Positions 42,888-45,600 of a stretch of 45,600 bases of DNA are shown piece by piece. The position numbers and the translations under genes are program-made. The notes below the pieces were generated by a model. It worked only from the letters and a program-made list of their open reading frames with translations, made no database searches and had not been told where the DNA came from. Position 1 is the first letter of the stretch, and each line of letters begins with the position of its first letter. Origin of the DNA: Gammaproteobacteria bacterium (GTDB lineage Bacteria; Pseudomonadota; Gammaproteobacteria; Steroidobacterales; Rariloculaceae); contig CAUZMW010000002.1 of NCBI GenBank assembly GCA_963581225.1, positions 1 through 45,600 on the forward strand. The letters run 5' to 3'.

Positions 42888-45600
42888 CAATCCACCAACG
42901 CCGGCAATTCACCGCTCGCCGCGCAACTCAGCCGAGAGCTGGAGGGCGAGGTTCTCTTCGACGCGTTTAGCCGCGGCCGTTATAGCACGGACGCCTCGAT
43001 GTATCAGATCCAGCCTATCGGGGTGGTGGTGCCGCGCCACAAGGATGATGTGCTCTGCGCAATCCAGATCGCGGCTCAGCACGGCGTGCCGGTACTGCCG
43101 CGGGGCGCGGGGACCTCCCAGGCCGGCCAGACTGTCGGTGAGGCGCTCGTCATCGATGCGAGCAAATATCTGACGGGAGTCAATGAGTTCAGGCCAGGTG
43201 ATCGAACGGTAGCAGTGGAACCCGGCATCGTCCTCGACACGCTCAACGAGTTTCTGAAGCCTCACGGGCTGTTTTTCCCCGTGGATGTCTCGACCTCCAG
43301 CAGAGCGACGATCGGTGGGATGGCCGGAAATAACAGCGTCGGCGCCCGCTCGCTCCACTACGGTCATATGGTCGATAACGTCCGTGGAATCCATGCGGTC
43401 CTGGGCGACGGCGAGCAAATACGCCTCGGCGCAAGTGGTCGCCGATCGGCTGATGCCGGCAACGGCCACGCTGCCGAGAACGGAACGCTCAGCCGCATCG
43501 CGGACCAGATGCAGAGTCTCTACGCACGCAATGCCGATGAGATTGCGCGGCGTTATCCGCAAGTCGCTCGCAATGTTGCGGGCTACAACATCAATCGCCT
43601 GGGTCGCGCCGATCCGAATCTCGCCGATCTGCTGGTCGGCTCCGAGGGAACGCTGGCGTGGTTTCAGGAACTGGAACTCGCGCTGCAACCGATACCGGCC
43701 AATAAAGTACTCGGTGTCTGCCACTTCCCGACGTTTTTGGCGGCGATGGAGTCGGTACAGCACATCGTCACGCTTGATCCCGCGGCGACCGAGCTGATTG
43801 ACCGGACCGTGCTCGACCTCGCTGCTGATATTCCGGCTTTCGGCTCGTCCATGAGCAGTTTTATCAACGGGAGCCCGGCGGCCGTGTTGCTCGTCGAATT
43901 CGCCGGCGACGATCGCGATGAGCAACTGCGGAAACTCGATCAGCTCGAAGAAATCATGGGAGAGCTGGGTCTGCCCGACTCCGTGCTGCGGGCGGATGGC
44001 GCCGCATTACAGCAGTCAATCTGGTCGCTGCGAAAGGCCGCGCTCAATATCGTCATGTCGATAAAGGGCGACGGTAAGCCGATCTCGTTCGTCGAGGACT
44101 GCGCGGTGCCGCTGGAGAAACTCGGCGAGTACACGCGGCGGCTAACCGAGGTCTTCGACCGCCACGGCACGACGGGGACTTGGTACGCCCACGCCGGCGT
44201 GGGCTGTCTGCATGTGCGCCCGATATTGAATCTCAAGGAAGATACCGAGGTCGCCAAGCTGCGTACGATCGCGGCCGAAGCGCACGCGCTCGTGCAGGAG
44301 TACAAAGGCTCTCATTCCGGGGAGCACGGCGACGGGCTCGCCCGATCGGAGTTTCTCGAGCCGATACTCGGCTCGCAGATCGTCGCCGCGTTCAAGGAAG
44401 TGAAACAGAGTTTCGACCCCGGCGGGCTATTCAATCCCGGGAAGATTGTCGATCCGCCGCGGATGGACGATCGCGCCTTAATGCGCTTCCCGGCGAACTA
44501 CCAGCCACAGCAACAGACCGAGGCATTGGACTGGTCGGCCTGGGGTGGATTTCATCGTGCGACCGAGATGTGCAACAACAACGGCGCCTGTCGAAAGATC
44601 GATGCCGGTGTGATGTGTCCATCTTATCGCGTCACTCGCGACGAGCAGCACGTCACACGGGGACGGGCGAACTCACTGCGTTTGGCGTTGACGGGCCAAC
44701 TGGACGCGGATGCGCTGACGTCGAAAGAGCTCTACGCGGCGATGGATCTCTGCATCGGTTGCAAGGCGTGCAAACGCGAATGCCCAACCGGCGTCGACAT
44801 GTATCGGATGAAGATCGAATTCCTCAGCGCCTACAAGGAACGCTGGGGGCTTACATGGCGCGACCGGCTGATTGCCTATCTACCGCGTTATGCGCCTTGG
44901 GCCGCGCGTCTTTCGTTCCTCGCCAATGCCGCCAATCACAGTGGCGTGTTGCGGCGTTTGCGCGAGCGACTGCTTGGACTAACGGCACAGAGACGACTGC
45001 CGGCGTGGCGGCGAGATATTTTTCGAGGTGCCGGTGAAACGGCCGCGCGCGGCCGCGAGGTCGTCCTGCTAGTGGATACCTTTAATACTTACTTCGAGCC
45101 GGAGACGGCGACGGCAGCCATCAATGTGCTGAAGGCCGCCGGCTACCGCGTCGTGACGCCGGCGCCGGTCGATCGAGGCCGGCCGTTGTGCTGTGGTCGA
45201 ACCTTCCTCAATTCTGGGCTGACGGAAGAAGCGAAGTCCGAGGCACGCCGGGTTCTCGCCACGCTGGCGCCTTACGTCGAGCGAGGAGTACCTATCGTCG
45301 GCCTCGAGCCGTCTTGCCTACTGACGCTGCGCGACGAATTCGCCGCCCTGCTGCCGGGCGACGCAACGAACGCATTGGCGAGGAAAGCGATGTTATTTGA
45401 AGAGTTCTTGTCGGCAGAGCGAGCGAGCGGGAGGCTCGATCTGCCGCTCGGCGAGATCGATCAGCCGCGCGCATTACTGCATGGGCACTGCCATCAGAAG
45501 GCCTTTGGAGTCATGTCGAGCGTGGAAGAGGTCTTAAACTGGATCCCAGAGCTGGAAGTCGAAGTCATTGAGTCCGGCTGTTGCGGGATGGCGGGGTCGT
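42888..45600 (+). CDS. FAD-linked oxidase fused to Fe-S/CCG domains (YdiJ-like, glycolate/D-lactate oxidase superfamily); 3' end outside the window
   Basis: Not in the ORF track because no stop falls in the window. My translation from ATG 42888 gives MRRQSTNAGNSPLAAQLSRELEGEVLFDAFSRGRYSTDASMYQIQPIGVVVPRHKDDV...PRGAGTSQAGQ...FPVDVSTSSRATIGGMAGNNSVG (FAD_binding_4). It continues to GSHSGEHGDG, then the Fe-S motifs CNNNGACRK...MCPS and CIGCKACKRECP, and the CCG motifs PLCCGR and ESGCCGMAGS. I spot-checked the frame as continuous at 44580 and 45540. Confidence 0.9.

Noticed and set aside
42909-43925. 338-aa minus-strand ORF listed in the track
   Set aside because: It lies antisense to the strongly supported FAD-linked oxidase reading frame (42888 onward). 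The product is Arg/Ala-rich and low in complexity, with no recognisable motifs. It is a typical shadow ORF of a GC-rich gene.
44180-45037. 285-aa plus-strand ORF (also 43285..43797 and 45188..45400)
   Set aside because: These are out-of-frame overlaps of the FAD/Fe-S oxidoreductase gene. The translations are Arg-rich junk.
1-45600. CRISPR arrays, prophage/defence genes, IS elements, rRNA/tRNA
   Set aside because: Apart from the palindromic element copies there are no regularly spaced direct repeats. No transposase, integrase, Cas or phage-like ORFs are present, and I found no tRNA-like cloverleaf candidates in the intergenic regions.

Overview
Densely coding, GC-rich bacterial chromosomal segment (about 41 CDS; GC not computed). 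I recognised no rRNA, tRNA, CRISPR array, transposase, integrase or transcription factor. It splits into two themes. (1) Solute uptake and oxidation: two TRAP systems (dctPQM), two tripartite tricarboxylate (TctCBA) systems, one of which has a frameshifted tctA, and three Gfo/Idh/MocA oxidoreductases, each beside a transporter. There are also CoA-transferase/enoyl-CoA hydratase/aminotransferase genes, an SDR, a D-2-hydroxyacid dehydrogenase, an M24 hydrolase and a compact PEP-utilising enzyme. (2) An unusually high density of exported enzymes: two divergent arylsulfotransferase-like propellers, LVIVD and NHL propellers, an MBL hydrolase, a cyclase-fold protein, a dihaem cytochrome c and a peroxiredoxin. 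The best candidate for something undescribed is a four-member paralogous family of exported proteins. Three copies are predicted to start His-His-Ser after signal cleavage (DUF6152-like domain, from memory). One copy is fused to a pectin-acetylesterase-like hydrolase, one is membrane-anchored and one is truncated. The largest member, together with a His-rich TPR-like exported protein, is bracketed by two direct copies of a ~115-bp palindromic element. Each copy sits 43-44 nt after a minus-strand stop codon, and a degenerate third copy lies next to the paralogous gene. A long FAD/Fe-S oxidoreductase gene (42888 to the window end) is missing from the supplied ORF track because it has no stop codon in the window. 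All family assignments come from motif recognition by eye, not database searches.
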